A stretch of DNA of 64,000 nt from Lingula anatina (lineage: Eukaryota > Animalia > Brachiopoda): positions 16,554,001-16,618,000 of the forward strand of contig CM120641.1 in assembly GCA_051362555.1 (NCBI GenBank), read 5' to 3'. This document shows, one piece after another, positions 49,801-63,895 of this stretch. Made by a program: the position numbers and the translations under genes. Under the pieces are notes generated by a model. That model was not told where the DNA came from. It saw only the letters and a list, made by a program, of their open reading frames with translations, and made no database searches. Numbering within the stretch: position 1 is the stretch's first letter; each line of letters begins with the position of its first letter.

Positions 49801-52800
49801 TAAATAATACTGTAATTGATGCATCAATTAATCAATACCTAGACAGCAACTTCAGTTACGTACTAGTGTTTTAACAGTTACTGTAGCTATGGAGACTGTA
49901 ACTTATCCTATAGATGGCGTATTAAACAATCGTGTACATTTGTCTAATATGTCATTAAAGCTTCCCTGTGGTAATTTGAAAAACGTGTATGTTTGGAAAA
50001 ACATATATCACAGTGTTTTGTTTATATGTCCCTGTTCACTGTTTACCCTACCTTGTTTCCTTTATCACTTTTGGTGCGAGAGGTGGGTACCTACTCCAAA
50101 ATATTTTTCTGTAAGTTTGGATAACACAAGTGTTCCACTGATAAGTAATGTAAGCTAGTAGTACAGATAGAAGTGCATGTCCATCTTGTATAGGGTGTTA
50201 CTGATGATTCAAAGAGACAAAACTTTGTGCAAAATTATCTATCCTTCAATATAAATCATAAATACTAACCTGCAGACTTTCATGTGTGTTAAGTAAACAC
50301 AACAACTACAAGAACACTAAGAAAGAAACCATCACGTGAAATATCCACTTTCTTTTGATGATCTAGTTTGGTGTCTTCTTTTTTTCAGAAATACAAGTAT
50401 TGTGTGTTAGATTGTGCTTGAAATGATGTGTAAAAGTAACAGAGATGGTCAAATTTGAGACTTACATCTGTTTAAAATGGTCAATCCAAAGTAGCTTACC
50501 TCTATTAAAGACATACTTAACGCCTTTTTTTAATTTACGAAGACCTGAAGAACACAACATAAAGTGATATAGTGAAAGAGGTCCACATCCGTGTTATATA
50601 CAGAAAATATGTATCTTAATTTCCTTCAAGTAAGTGATTTATATATGTGCCAATAAAGAAAAGAATGCTATATGAAGGAACTAAAAGAAAACCAGAACAT
50701 TTGTTATATATATATATACACCCAGAAGTACGCCATCTAGTAAAGCCATGCCTTGTCCCGTTATATAACAGAAGTTTAACTCTCTATTTCTCTGCATTGA
50801 TTTTTCCATCAGATCAGTATCAGTGCAGGTCAATGTCTGGCTCAGCAGCCCTGAACACAGGGTAATATTTTCCACAGCCAATTGAACACTGCACTTTTGT
50901 CCGTCAAGATTAGGATGAAAGGCATTCTTTTTATAAGACTGCAGTATAAGCTGATGCTGTTACGCTCTAGCACACTGAAAAATATCTGATAATATTTTCT
51001 ATGCATGCATTATTATTCCCCCTAGCCATCCAACAGCCTCATAATTATACCTCTGAGAAGGTTGGCATTTTATGACACGGTTTAACAGTTGGCCATGCAA
51101 ACATGATACCATGCAATTAAACGTATTTCAGTTTTTACGCCTTAACTATGTTCTGGTTGCAGTTTTGGTCAGTACTAGCATGTTGGAAAAATAATTATTA
51201 TATATTTTCCCATTAATATTCATTCAATATAGGCTCACTTTAACATTTGAAATTTTATCAAATTTCTGAAACTTTTATTAGAAAATAAAATTTTAAATCA
51301 AAATATATTTTATTCAAACATATGGGTAATGGAAGTGCAAAAATATTGGTTAAGTTCCAGATGTTGTTTTGTTATGAAAATAAAGGGTTCATTTTTCTGA
51401 ATAGCCATATCAAAGATGTGTAATGTGAGAGTGAGCCTAGGTTTATGGTTTTATTATTTCAATTTGTTAGTACTCCATTCAAATTAATTCATGCAGGTCA
51501 TTCTGTCTGTTTGTTACAATCAGATGCATGTATGAGTGGTTATATAGGGTAAGACACTACAAAGGGATGGAAGAAAAGCATAAAGTTTGACACAAGAAGC
51601 TATTCAGTGTTATGGAAAAGACTGTTTTATCAATCTAACATGAATCATGATGCACCTCATAATTTCTGAATTCTACAGTACAGGACAGGTATGGTATGTT
51701 TGGAATGTTACCATCTACTATCACTATTCATTCAAGAAGGAATATCCCAGTACTTTATACTGTAAAAATACACAGGTATATAGTGAGCTATTAATATGTA
51801 TATTTCCCTTGGATTTAGGGACAGGGTATTAATTTTTTATCATTAAAATAATAAAATATATTTCAATCATGAGGTAATGTTAAGTACAGTATATGTAACA
51901 TTCCTTAATGCTCATTATTATTATTTTTTGTGAGTTAAGGAAAGATCTCCCTGAACTTCAGCATCTTGTGGACAATCACGTCATCAAGAATGCTGTCTGA
52001 TGAACTTAAAGAACTTAGAGTAAACAATATCTGATTAACAGCTCTGAAATTCAGGGAAGGAAAACGGAGTGTTTAATGGGGAAAAAAGAAAGTGCTATAG
52101 GAGAATGGGAGATGTTTCTTTCTACCAGTTTCTATGCAGAGCATCACTTAAGAGCAGTGCCTTTAAAATATACATCAAATACAACTGTACAACACACAGC
52201 CATGTCATTTGGGAATTTCAAAATGTGTGATTTACAGTGAAACAACACAAACCAATACAGCTTGATACAAATCTCAAATGACATGCCTGAATATAATATC
52301 ATGCGTTTTCAAACATTCACAAATTAAAACAAAATTTCATCTGAAATGCAACTCTGATACTGACATTGACAAGCATGAACAACATACAAATTTAACATTT
52401 GAATTTCACACAAGCAAATCAGCTCAATACTTAAAAAATGTGCATCTTTAAACAGAAACTATATATCTAACATAAAACCTGTGACAAGACCAGTGTTCAA
52501 CCACCTGCTCTTATGCAATTACAAATTAAAATGAATGTGCCATCATCAACATCAAAACATGATATTTTGATGCAAAGTATATTCAGACAGATACAACAGG
52601 TACATTCAGACTTGCTTTCAACCATTGGGTGCTGATCAAGAAAATATTATCACAATGCTGAAGTAGCTTATTTCAAGTATGAAATATTGAATTTCAGTAA
52701 GTGCCATGATCTTCATACTGACTGTGTAACACTGCTGCAGTAAAGAAATTGTCACTTTACCAATTAAATAATTGACCAGAGAATGGACTAGAATTGATGT

Positions 52801-55213
52801 TTCATGAGTGGCAACTGGGCAATATCAACAATTGCAATTGGCATCTTGCCAAGACTCACTATGTGTCCGGCATGAAATAAAAGAAACTGACCATGCTATT
52901 CATGATGGTTGGGGCTTTCAGCAGAAATGGCTCTTCATTGTATCGTCTGGAAGGAAATCAGAGAAAACCAAGGCTGTGTGTAGGGCCTGACATCACATGA
53001 GACTGGAAAATGTGCGAGATTTGGTAGAGGTGGAGTTCAAGAATAAGTGTGAAATCTCACCTTACTTTAAGATGAAGGAGAAACTTAATCTTGGGTGATC
53101 CTCATCTGACCAATTTCAAATTTAATTCACTATTAAAACCAAGGACCTGATCTCAGAGATTGATTAGCCTTGTCATATTTCAACCATTAGATATGAAACT
53201 AAATACTATTAAAAACAAATTGCTCAAAGCTAAATATACAACAGCAAATTGTGATCATATATAGTAATTATAAAACACAAGCCGAAATATTTTCATACTA
53301 TTAGCTTACGGCCAACCTGGACCACCTAGTGGTCAGTGAGTAACAACATCTACTCATATCAGTGTGACAAAGGCCTACTAGTACATCTAGATTGGCCATA
53401 AGCTAATGGCATGAAAATATTTCAGCTTGTGTTTTATAATTATCATATTTGATCCAACTACATGTGCCAAGCTAACGTTGATTTTTGCTCATTTACTAGA
53501 GCAATTGTAATGTTTGAGACTATAAGGGCAAGGAACTGACTGTCCATTTTTATTAAATCAAACCGTCAGCTGCCTTATTTATATTATTTTGATTTATATT
53601 TTATCTCTTATTTGAGTGTTTGTTTTGTCAGAATGATTCAACATTTTGTTCCAACTTGTATTATGCATGGGAGGGAGAATGAGCAAATACTGTCATTTGT
53701 GCACAATACAAATTGGCACAGCTGTACTCTTGATCAAATTTCAAGATTGTGAGCATCTCTTATCTAGCTTAAGAGTACAGAAATTCATTTTTGTAATACT
53801 TGGTCATTACTTACTGCATACTTTGATTAAATAAAAAAAGGTATACTGAATCACATCATCATTCAATGGACAAATATTAATTGAGGTCAAGAGGCACAAG
53901 CATTAGATATTTTTCACATGCCAACTTTATGAGGTTTACCACAAAAAGCAAGCCAGAGCATGGAGTCAGGTCAAGAAATGAGGTGAGGTAATAAATATCA
54001 AGATTGCCAGTAAAAGTGTCACATCACTTAGCAAGGTGGGTGGAGGAGATAATACTATTACTGGGCGGATACAAGTTTGTCCTTTAAAAAGGAGCAGCGG
54101 ATGGTGTGTCACTCAGTCAAATATGAAGCATTGCACACTACAAGGAACAGTTTAACTCATTTACTAGTATTTACCCACTTCCGTAGCAAATGTGAGGGAA
54201 CAATAATTCATTAGTCCATAGCAATTTTTTCATGAATTTAAAAAAAAAATTGCGAAGAAAAATGACTACATTAGATATACGGTCAAAGCAAGTGCTGATG
54301 CAAAGTCACTCAAGTTTTCGATCAAACAGAAGTTTCATACTATACATGTACAGTACTCATGCAATAAAACTTTTATGCATTTTATGTCATTGCAAAATTT
54401 GGAAGATATCAAACATGTTCTAATCTAATATAGCTATGAAATTTCAAAATAAATAAATAAATAAATAAATACTATTAACTTGGTGCAAAATCTTTTTACA
54501 GTTAAAAACTCACCAAATCCCAGTTCTATCTTGTTGTCATCCACTTGTTTCTTGGTACAGAAGTCCTTGTCAGCGATATAAGCTACGATAACCAATATGG
54601 GGAAGAAGAGGAAGGTGATGACGGCCTCCCAAAGGTCCACAACATTTGGGGTGATTCCAACAAGTATGATGATCAACCAGACGTAGGCAAATATACTGGT
54701 AAATGATGTTATGGCAAACACCTTGACACTTTTGATCTGTCGGACCTCAGGTGATGGAATAGCCATAATACAAACAGCGATAATACATAAAAGATTGAAA
54801 GCAGCAGATCCCACAATTGTACTCGGTCCTAAAGCTTCCGCTTCAAATCTGTTCTTTATGATACCATATACAGACAGCAGGATCTCAGGTGCACTGGAGC
54901 CCAGGGCCATGAGAGTGAGATTAGCAACTGTATCGTTCCAAACTCGGACTTCAATTTCTTCATAATCATTTTCATCACCTGTGTTCTGTTTTGCTACTTT
55001 GATTTTTCTTGTTTTGCTCGTAATTTTTTCAATAGCACACATAAAATAGTCTGCTATGATGGACACTCCAAGGAAGCACCAAAGAAGTCCAAGTAAGTAG
55101 ATAAATGCACGGAATCCTATGCTCCATGTTGATTCATTAGTGAGGGGCAATATTAGTCCATAATCATAACACTTGTACACAGTGTAATCAGGGCAGGTTG
55201 TATTGTTACTCAT
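34708..55213 (-). CDS. SLC8A: Sodium/calcium exchanger (SLC8/NCX/Calx family), 10 coding exons, ~817 aa
   Basis: Exons (minus): 55213-54514, 47599-47532, 47061-46894, 46258-46062, 38771-38542, 36696-36464, 36082-35977, 35879-35701, 35496-35167, 34950-34708; total 2454 nt, in frame. Alpha-1 ANLTLMALGSSAPE, two Calx-beta domains (IIDDNEWEPDETF; YDDQEMEKDESF), alpha-2 ALGTSLPD...GNVTGSNSVN. Confidence 0.95.
37588..37755. mobile_element. 168-bp MITE
   Basis: Termini CAGGGGCGGAT / ATCCGTCCCTG, internal repeated GGAAGACGGTCA, CAAAT on both flanks. Confidence 0.75.
40962..41176. mobile_element. Probable MITE with imperfect TIRs
   Basis: TTCCCAGAG..TTAGATCGATCTA at the left end and TAGATCGATCTAA.CTCTGGAAA at the right end. 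CpG-rich interior. Confidence 0.6.
41638..41685. repeat. (TAAA)n microsatellite
   Basis: About 11 units. Similar tracts at ~46830-46876 and ~54447-54471. Confidence 0.92.
45519..45543. repeat. poly(G) run, 25 nt
   Basis: Seen directly. Confidence 0.9.
53253..53454 (+). mobile_element. Palindromic Penelope pseudo-LTR derivative (same family as 28595-28823)
   Basis: ~60-bp inverted arms around the core ACCACCTAG..GTGAGTAACAACATCTACTCA, which is shared with 28698-28735. Confidence 0.65.
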
Positions 55214-58200
55214 GCTGATGGTGGTTCTTAGGAGTTTGCCAACTCCTGCAAATTCTGTTATAAATACCTCTTACTAGGAATTGACTGCAATCAATACACT
55301 GCTGTTATATACCTGAAATATATTATTAAAAGTATAGATTTACAAGAAAAGTACACAATTTCTTTGGCATATAAACTTGAAAATTAAAATTTACTTAAAA
55401 TTAAAAACTAAGTCTAACATATCCCTTACTAGTACTTATAGTTTTCCACGAAATGTGCACAGAAAACGTTTCCAACATTGTCTACATCCCCCTAACATCA
55501 TATATTATTAAAATACATTGTCCTAAATAAAAGCTGGATACAGGTACCACCACATTGCCAAGGGGCTGAACAACACAACTTCTTGTGGGATCATTATGTA
55601 AGAAACACCCACCTTTTTTTAGCTGTCAACATATATTTTCAGTCTTAATTTCTTAGCTTGAACTTTGAACACTTGATATCAGACAAAATGCTTTGTCTAT
55701 ATATTCAGATAATCATTTCGATGATCCTTCACTAACCAGCTTAGTCCATTGTAGTTTCCAAATTATCAAGAATTTATCATTGCTCAACAAACACTGATAA
55801 TAGATAACTGACAAGCATTTCCTTACCTGTACATTGATGGTTGTTACCTGTATTTGCCTTTCTTTTAAATAATCCAAAATTCATCACAAAATATACATAA
55901 TCTATCAGTATTAGATAAACACACTCTTTGATGAGTTAGACTAGCAGTGCTGACAAGAGAAGGAAAGACGTCTCAGAGTGTATCATATCTCAGTAAACAC
56001 AAAGCAAAACAAAATCACTACTTAAGAAGAAATGCATGTACATTTCACCTTATATAATAGCGGGTAGGGTGTGGCATCTTTTTAGATCAATTTTAAGTAC
56101 AGCTTTCACAAGTATGGCACCACCCAAAACAAGCCTTCTATTATGTGACATGCTTACAACCCTTGGACTGGAGTGCATCAAAAATGTAAAATTGGAGTCT
56201 TATTATCTAAACAACTACACCAATGATTCATACATAAAATTCCTTGACCTAACTCATGTGAAAGTGAAGTTTCAATATTGTCACTTACTGCAAACGAAAT
56301 GATTCCTTAAATTCTGGCCATGAAAATATCAAAAACTTACTATCTCAACTTCATCCCCGCTTCACCTGTAACTAATGGACACCTGCTGATCAATCAGCTC
56401 CCCAAAATGAATGGCTACCTGTCCAAACAGATTACCTAACACCAACTTTTCTATTATGTAATAGTGTATTGAAGCTGGAGCTGCTCATGAAGGCATCATA
56501 ATGGGCTGATGCATCCTCCAGCAACCAAAAATTCACTCAAGGCTGCAAAGATGACTTTATTTCTTTTCAAACACAAGTCCACGGGAGTGGGGTGGTAGGT
56601 GATGTTAAAATACTGGTACCCTCCCTCTTTGGGTGGAAGAGGCCCTTATCCCTCTGAATAAAAATTTGATCCACTATGGTTGTATGCTATTTCTCATGTT
56701 GGGACAACAAGGATTTTTAAAGGTCGACTTTTTCAGAAAAAAGCACCATTGACTGAAATAAATCCAAAATCACAGGAGAAATGAACAGAGAAAGCTGTAT
56801 ATGCGTGAATTTGCAGTGGATACATATTAGACAGAGAAATACCTGTATATATCTAATAGGGTTGTCAATTACATGAGGAATGGCCAGGTAAATTGAGGAC
56901 TGAATGGTTATCATACATTTGTAACAACTTTCAACTATTACACATAAATGTAGTCTATGACAGTAAGCATAGTTGTCTGGCCACAAATCTACATTAACTG
57001 ACCTGGGGTAGCAGTAGTGGTAGACCCATAATCCCATAAAAGCCTTCAGGCACAAACCATAGCAATCACCACAACAGGGTAAATATTGTATGATCATAGG
57101 GTGTTAACTGCAAAGCTACTTTCCGTATTATTGGATTGAATTGAGAGCAGAAATGTAGCACTGGCAATAAGAAAAATGAATAAATAATGGCATAATGATA
57201 CGGAAGTATAATGATACCCATTACGCTACCAGCACTTAACATTTGTTTTCTTAACCTTGAGACCTACACTGTATGTGTGCTTTCTTAACATAAAAGCAAA
57301 TATATGAAGGATCATTGAGTAAAACTTAACAAAATCCAGATAAAAAAATATGAAAGGGATAAGATGCGTGCAATACTACACACTTCACAATCTATCAAAA
57401 AAAAAAACCCATAGGCAATAGATGGTACTTCACTTGATACTCATATGCATTTACTTCTAAGTTACCTCTAAATACTTCTAAACTTTTGTCAAATATGCAT
57501 TATTTTAAAGATAAAAAAAATGACAACTTTCTACCTTATCATATTTTGGTACTTAATTCTCTGCTAAGTAATACTTACAAATATACAACTAATGTACAGC
57601 TATAAAAAAGCTTTCAACAGCAAGGTTATCTTGTCAGCAAACGAGTTTGATCAGATCCACCTTAAAATAGTGCCTCCAATGCCCACATGATGTAAATCCG
57701 CATACCAAGGGTGTGAGCATGTTCACTTCCTAGCATCCCAAATCAAACTCCCACCCACTATGTCCTACATACATCCAGGCAGGCAGACAGCTATGTGTGC
57801 CTGAATCCACTGGCAGTGACTCACTGTAACCAATCCATGACCTTTCAAAATTGCATTATACATGGTCTTGGCATGCATAGAATTTCAATACAGTTAAATT
57901 GGGTCTTTACGTGTATGGATAATCAGGTTTAAGGTTTTAATGAATTAGTTGATGTCATCAGCCTTAACTTGTAGGAGTTATACCTGCCCACCTTGAAGCA
58001 CCCCGAGTTTTAGATTCTGCTGAAAACTCACCTAAATTACATGGATTATCATGATTACATGGATTACCAGGAGAGTTTTCCAACAGACCCAGAGACCTGT
58101 GATTATCTTCAGAGGAAAGTTTATTGAATTTGAGACAGTAAAAATCACTTCTACCAAATGTTCAGGTCTTCAACAACTACAACCAACCACCACCTTATGG

Positions 58201-59364
58201 CATACAAACATGAAAATATTGTAAACTAAACCAAACCAATGGGTTGTTGGCTTATCATAAAGTTTTCCACTGCAAATCCATAAAATCTGATAGCATACAG
58301 CACTTCTTTATGGTCTTCTTTGCTTTTTATACATCTTATCTTTGTTACACATAAAATTTCAGAGTTAACAGATACACTAGTAACTAAATCATTCTATTGT
58401 GTGAATGTACGTTAAGTCTTTCCTACCAGTAAACAACAACAAAAAAGTAAATAAGATATAATCTGCATTCTTAACCTACCTGCCAAATGCACATCTTTTT
58501 AAAGATAGAACACAAATATGCTCATGCAATTTAAAACAAATAAACTGTCACACCGGGCCTGTCACACCCTGCTTTGTGGGAAGATAAATGATACTGATAT
58601 ATGCCTTTGAGATTATTCCTATTCATATCTGAGGTTAACAGAGCATGACCAGTCGCGACTGTATGCTAGTGAAAGTACCTTATGCCTGTCTGTCCCAAAT
58701 TGGCTCTAAACTGGGCATATCTTAATTAGTACAGGCATATGAGACTTCAGATATCTACATGTAGATTAATCTGGCGTTTGCTAAACATGACAAGATTGAT
58801 AATCAAGTCATGGTTTATTGCAATTCCAAGTAAAATATGAATTGATATACATCTTACATGACAGAGGCACATTCATATCCTTTTGTTATTAGGCATAGAA
58901 GAATGTCCATGTGACAGTAACATATGGACATTCCTCTGGGCATGATCAGGTACTGGTAGTATTCTATAATACAGGTGCTACTTCCATAAGCCAATTGTCA
59001 TAGACAAGTATTTCCCATAAAAAACAGGTCACTTGAATTGAAGTTCCATATGGAGCCATTTCCAAACAATTCATCATTCAGATACATTTCCTTGTCAGCA
59101 TAACAGGTCAGAGCACTTGCTTACATACACCACTATTAAATTACACTAATTTGTTTACTTTTTTAAAAAATGTGGTATATACAAAAAAATGACAGAAAAT
59201 GTCAATTTACCTCAAAATCCTGATACCGTTCAAAATGTTCTACCACATCTCGGATACACTCTAGTCTCCCAGGTGCTTTACAATAAAATTATTGAACCAA
59301 ATTGCAGTTCCATTATTGTTTGGCGGTTGCTAATGTTGAAAGTTTACTGAATAAACATGCAATA

Positions 59365-59380
59365 TGGCCACTAGGTGGCT
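59365..59380 (+). promoter_or_regulatory. CTCF consensus motif
   Basis: TGGCCACTAGGTGGCT matches the CCASYAGRKGGC core. It lies between the SNU13 poly(A) signal (59503-59498, minus) and the NCX upstream region. Confidence 0.4.
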
Positions 59381-59830
59381 AACACAAGACAAACCTCAAT
59401 CACAAGTCTTAAGAAAACAAAGTGGATGGATGTGTTGGGCTCAACTATCACAATATCAACATAACACTCAAATTCACAGATGATAGAATTTTCAAAATTT
59501 ATTTTCTTCATAAAAGTTTTCAGAGGTTACACTCCTCTTGGCCATTAAAATGTCTGGATATATATATATCTAAATATCATAACATGTCAAAGTTACCATA
59601 ATTACCAATCTACATACAACTGAACTTGGATGTTTACATCCAACAAAGGTTAACACTGTTCGTAATGATGCATTTCTTTCAGTGAGGCCCTTAGAAATCA
59701 ACATCCTTTGTGAAAAAAGAAAAAAAAAATTCCTGAGAATTCGGAAACATCGCAGGTATAGCTAATCCATATAAAACTAAATGCAGTACTTATAAACTTT
59801 CAAAGTTTTAACTGCTGATATTCATACAAA

Positions 59831-61662
59831 TTAAATCAAAAGTTTCTCAATTGCCTGCTGAGTAGCTGTGATCTGTGGCTTCAACTGAGATCCTTCATTG
59901 ACTGTGATAGCACAGGCGATCACTGGGCGGGATACTCCACATGCTCTGCCAAGTGCTGAAAAGACAAAAGTTGTCACAACAATTGTATACCAAATTGATA
60001 AAGGGATAATAACTCTTCGTATGAGATCTATATTTCACAATAAAAACATCGTATAATATATTCTGTTTTACCACAAAAACGGCAGTTATGGCTATTACTC
60101 TGATATCTGAGCTGGTCTTCAGACCACGTGACCTCCATTGATGGAACTTTTTAGAAAAAAAAAACAGGGACTAACTTTGAATATAAAAATGGATTCATTA
60201 ACCATTGGTATGTATGGGAAAATTGCTGTTTCATTCAGAAAAATTCATTTTTGGGGCCAAAATGAAGAGTTATCCCTTTAACCCTTTATCCCCCTTACCA
60301 ATTACTGCACAATGTAATAAAAGTAACTTTCATTTCATTAACAGCCCAGGGAAAATAATTTGAAAAAATTATCACTTTTAGAATGAATAATTAGCAAATA
60401 TTTTCAATATGGAAGGACTTAAGTATGTTATTTCATAAACTTAACACTAAACAGCACATTTGACAGGTCTTTATATTCTTCATAATAATCCAAGATTTAT
60501 ATCAAGCAATACACTGGGATGTTGTTTTTTTTTTTACCTTGCTTGGACCTTACGAACACATAAGGAACATTCTTGTCCTCACACAGCAATGGTAGGTGCA
60601 TGAGGATCTCCAGTGGCTCAGCATCAGCAGCCATAACAATGAACTCTGCAATCCCTCTATTCAAGGTCTTGGTGGCTACACATCAAAAGTATGGTTCATT
60701 AACTACAGATTTCCTGATATTTATAAATATCTCAGAATATGTGATTTTTAGTCAAACTTCCTCTGTGAATAATTAATATTAATATGATATTCAACGTATT
60801 GCCAGGTTCCGCAAGCCAAATATATTCAATTAATGTTCATAGTAACAATATGACTTTAAAAGATTGAAACGAGGAAAACAAAATATTTTTATACACCCAT
60901 CATTATCATATATAGCTCTTGTACTAAACAATTCAGTTTTTTAATTAACAAAACTCTTTTCAAAATGAAAATTCCAAAAGGGAAAAATATTCAATATGAA
61001 AACTAACCTTCATTAGCCCCCTTCTTAAGCTGCTTGTATGAACATGCCTGTTGTACTATATCAAGGATCTTTACAGTAAGCTGGGGGTCAGCAAGTGGAT
61101 AGGCCTTGGGGTTTACTTCACCGTCAGTCTAAGAGTAAGAGGAAACTATGACATACTGACTGAAAAACAAGCTCCTGAACTTATGACAGTCTGATATTAT
61201 GCAATCATTTCAGCTCTTTTCCACATTTTTCAGTATTGAAGCAAAGCTGTGTTTTGCCATCAACTGAGCCAATCTTAATGATGACTTCAAAATGTTCAAG
61301 ACAAAGTCTTCGGTGATAGTGAATACAGATCAATGGTCACATTTCAAGGCTTTAATTTTTAGTCATGTTCGTGTGGTATTCTGAAAAGCCAATTTCAATT
61401 AAAAACAGAACTGCGATTTAAAGTTCCAGTGAAAAATTCTGATCAAAACTTTGATTGAATGGATGGGAAGTTCATAAAAATTTAATTCCTTTCTAAAGAG
61501 ACTTAACTGAATCTTTAATACTGTGGTATTTCCACCATAGCAATGAAACTTTCAAAGATCAACAACATAGTAACAAAGTGCTTCAGTATTTTAATGATAA
61601 ACAGAGTGACATCTCCTATACTTTCACAGCTGGAGAATTCTACTATATCTTTCACTTACCAT
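59831..61662 (-). CDS. SNU13: U4/U6.U5 and box C/D snoRNP 15.5-kDa protein (NHP2-like 1), 128 aa
   Basis: Exons (minus): 61662-61660 (ATG only), 61128-61008, 60675-60538, 59955-59831; 387 nt. Protein [15 protein letters not shown]...[16 protein letters not shown]...[32 protein letters not shown]...IEKLLI. Confidence 0.97.
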
Positions 61663-62490
61663 TTTCGTAAATAGTGTTTTCAAATATTTAAGTAAGGTGG
61701 AATATTTGATCCTCTCGGCGTGTATATCGCTTCACGGAGGACAAAACACACGTGCTTCTGTAGAGTGGTCTCGCTTTCAAGTCATGCAAATAGTAAAGCG
61801 TGTGTAAACTTTTAGTATCTCATTGTGTTTGGTCAAAAATATGAACAGTTAGTTTTGTTAAAATAATAATTAAAATAATATGTCAAAATAAAAAAATTAT
61901 TCGCAATAGCAGGAATAAATTTAAACTTCTTGACTGCATGTATATTGTTATTATGCGTGTGTGCTTCTTGCTATTTTTGCATGCGTATGAGAGATATCGT
62001 TGAAAGGTCAAGGTTAACTGTGAAAGGAGGAAGATACAAGCAGACGATTCGTGATAGTGCGATTTACTATTTTGTTTATTAACGCTTTTTTTCATTCTGC
62101 CAACTAAAAATCTCGTGACGAAAATTAGTTCATGTAGCATATTTAACACCTATGTAGGTCAATTTTTTTTTTACTTTGATTCATTACGTTTTAAATTGAA
62201 TAATTTTGTAAGGATTTAGCCCAAGGTGAGAAGCAATTTGTTTGAGAAAAATCATGACAGATAGTGAATACCTTGGGCGGCAGTAGATTTAGTGTAAAAT
62301 ATATCAATGCTGATAATAATCAATGTACCATGGGCACATGAAACCTTTTAATTGATTTGTTGTAAAATTATGAAAAGTAAGCGCTCCAGTAAAGGATAAA
62401 TTAACTTTCATTAACTCTTTGGAGTATCCAGCTTGTGCGGTTTTTTTTTTTTATTTTATTTAAGCGTACTACAATTTATTACAGTTTCCA
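61663..62490. promoter_or_regulatory. Probable bidirectional promoter between SNU13 and DMC1
   Basis: The two ATGs are divergent and ~840 bp apart. Local CpG enrichment at ~61700-62150 and a CACGTG E-box at ~61749. Confidence 0.6.
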
Positions 62491-62499
62491 GATACTAAA

Positions 62500-63895
62500 A
62501 TGGCAGACCAAGTTGTAGTTGAAGAACTGGATGAGGAGGCAGAAGAAGATGTAAGGTTATCTGGTTTCAAAACCTACCAGGGTAAAAAAAAATTCAAAAA
62601 ATGAATAATAGGTTGGTTTTGCAGTGTGGGAAGGTAATCTGTGTACATGTATGTTTTGGATTTTCAAATCCTTATTGTACTTTAGATTAAGAACAGATAA
62701 TGCAAATATGTAATTGCACACTTTTTCTAAATCATTAAGACAATTTTGAAAGTGCATTAATAGATTACTTGGTGATGTTATTATCTTTCCTATTTTAGGA
62801 ATCATTTTTTCAAGACATAGATCTCCTCCAGAACCATGGAATTGTAAGCAAAAAAGTTGCATTAATATGTCAGAATGTTTTGAATTCTTGTATTTTAATA
62901 GCAAGGGCTTATACTGGTACCTTATGGTACTTCTTATTATTGGTATTTACATCTTACTCTTTTCACTACCTTTTGATTTATTGATCCTTTAATGGATTTT
63001 CAGAATGTTGCAGATATAAAGAAGTTGAAACAAGCTGGAATTTGTACAGTTAAGGTATATACATGTGTATGGACTTGGAGTTGATGAATAACTATAAACT
63101 TACAAGAAGAGATATTTGTCGTATTAATTTTAGAAAATACTAGAAAAATTATATTATGTTTAATTAATGGCTTAAAATAAAGTCTAAGGTCTTGTTAACT
63201 TCTCAATTTATTTGAACTGTTTGTAACATAATATCCTAGCTATTACCAAATGTGCACATATAAGTACTTTGTGATAATTGTGAAACTTTGATGCTATCCT
63301 TTTAGGGAATTCACATGACAACAAGAAGGAAAATGTGTACAATTAAAGGAATTTCAGAAGCCAAGATGGAGAAAATTAAAGAGGCTGCTGCAAAGATTTG
63401 TGTACTAAGTTTTCACATTCTGATTCTAAGTCTGTTCCTTTTTTCCTAAAATGGTTTACATAATGCAAGAATATAAAGGAGATATTTCCAAATTATATTT
63501 TAACACATACAGGTGTACAAATTGAGTTAACAGATGGGAAATGTTGGCTGTTACAATTTCGCTTGTATGCCTTTAAGATAACAACATGCTTTCTTTCTTC
63601 AGGAATCGGGTTTTCTCACAGCTTTAGAATATTCAGAGAAAAGAAAGGAGTGCTTTAGGATAAGTACAGGGAGTCAAGAATTAGAGTAAGTCCCTTGGTT
63701 GTGTTTACAAACAAATCAGCAAGGCTTTAAATAACCTGTGTGGATGATTTAGAATGAAGGTATTTTTATAAGACAATCTTTGCTGTTTCTGGTTTTCCAG
63801 CAAACTTCTTGGAGGAGGGGTAGAAAGCATGGCAATCACAGAAGCATTTGGAGAGTTTAGGACTGGAAAAACACAAATTTCTCACACACTTTGTG
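62500..63895 (+). CDS. DMC1: Meiotic recombinase DMC1, 5' part (continues beyond the window)
   Basis: Exons 62500-62550, 62799-62843, 63004-63054, 63306-63401, 63603-63685, 63801-63895. [51 protein letters not shown] (Walker A). ESMAITEAF and NVADIKKLK fit DMC1 rather than RAD51. Confidence 0.96.

Noticed and set aside
53253-53454. Classical MITE
   Set aside because: The inversion length differs from the sister copy, which carries a Penelope-like coding remnant and hammerhead core. No TSD was seen.
61278-61384. Box C/D snoRNA (ATGATGA...CTGA) in SNU13 intron 1
   Set aside because: The boxes are on the strand opposite the host transcript, and no terminal stem or guide sequence was recognised.
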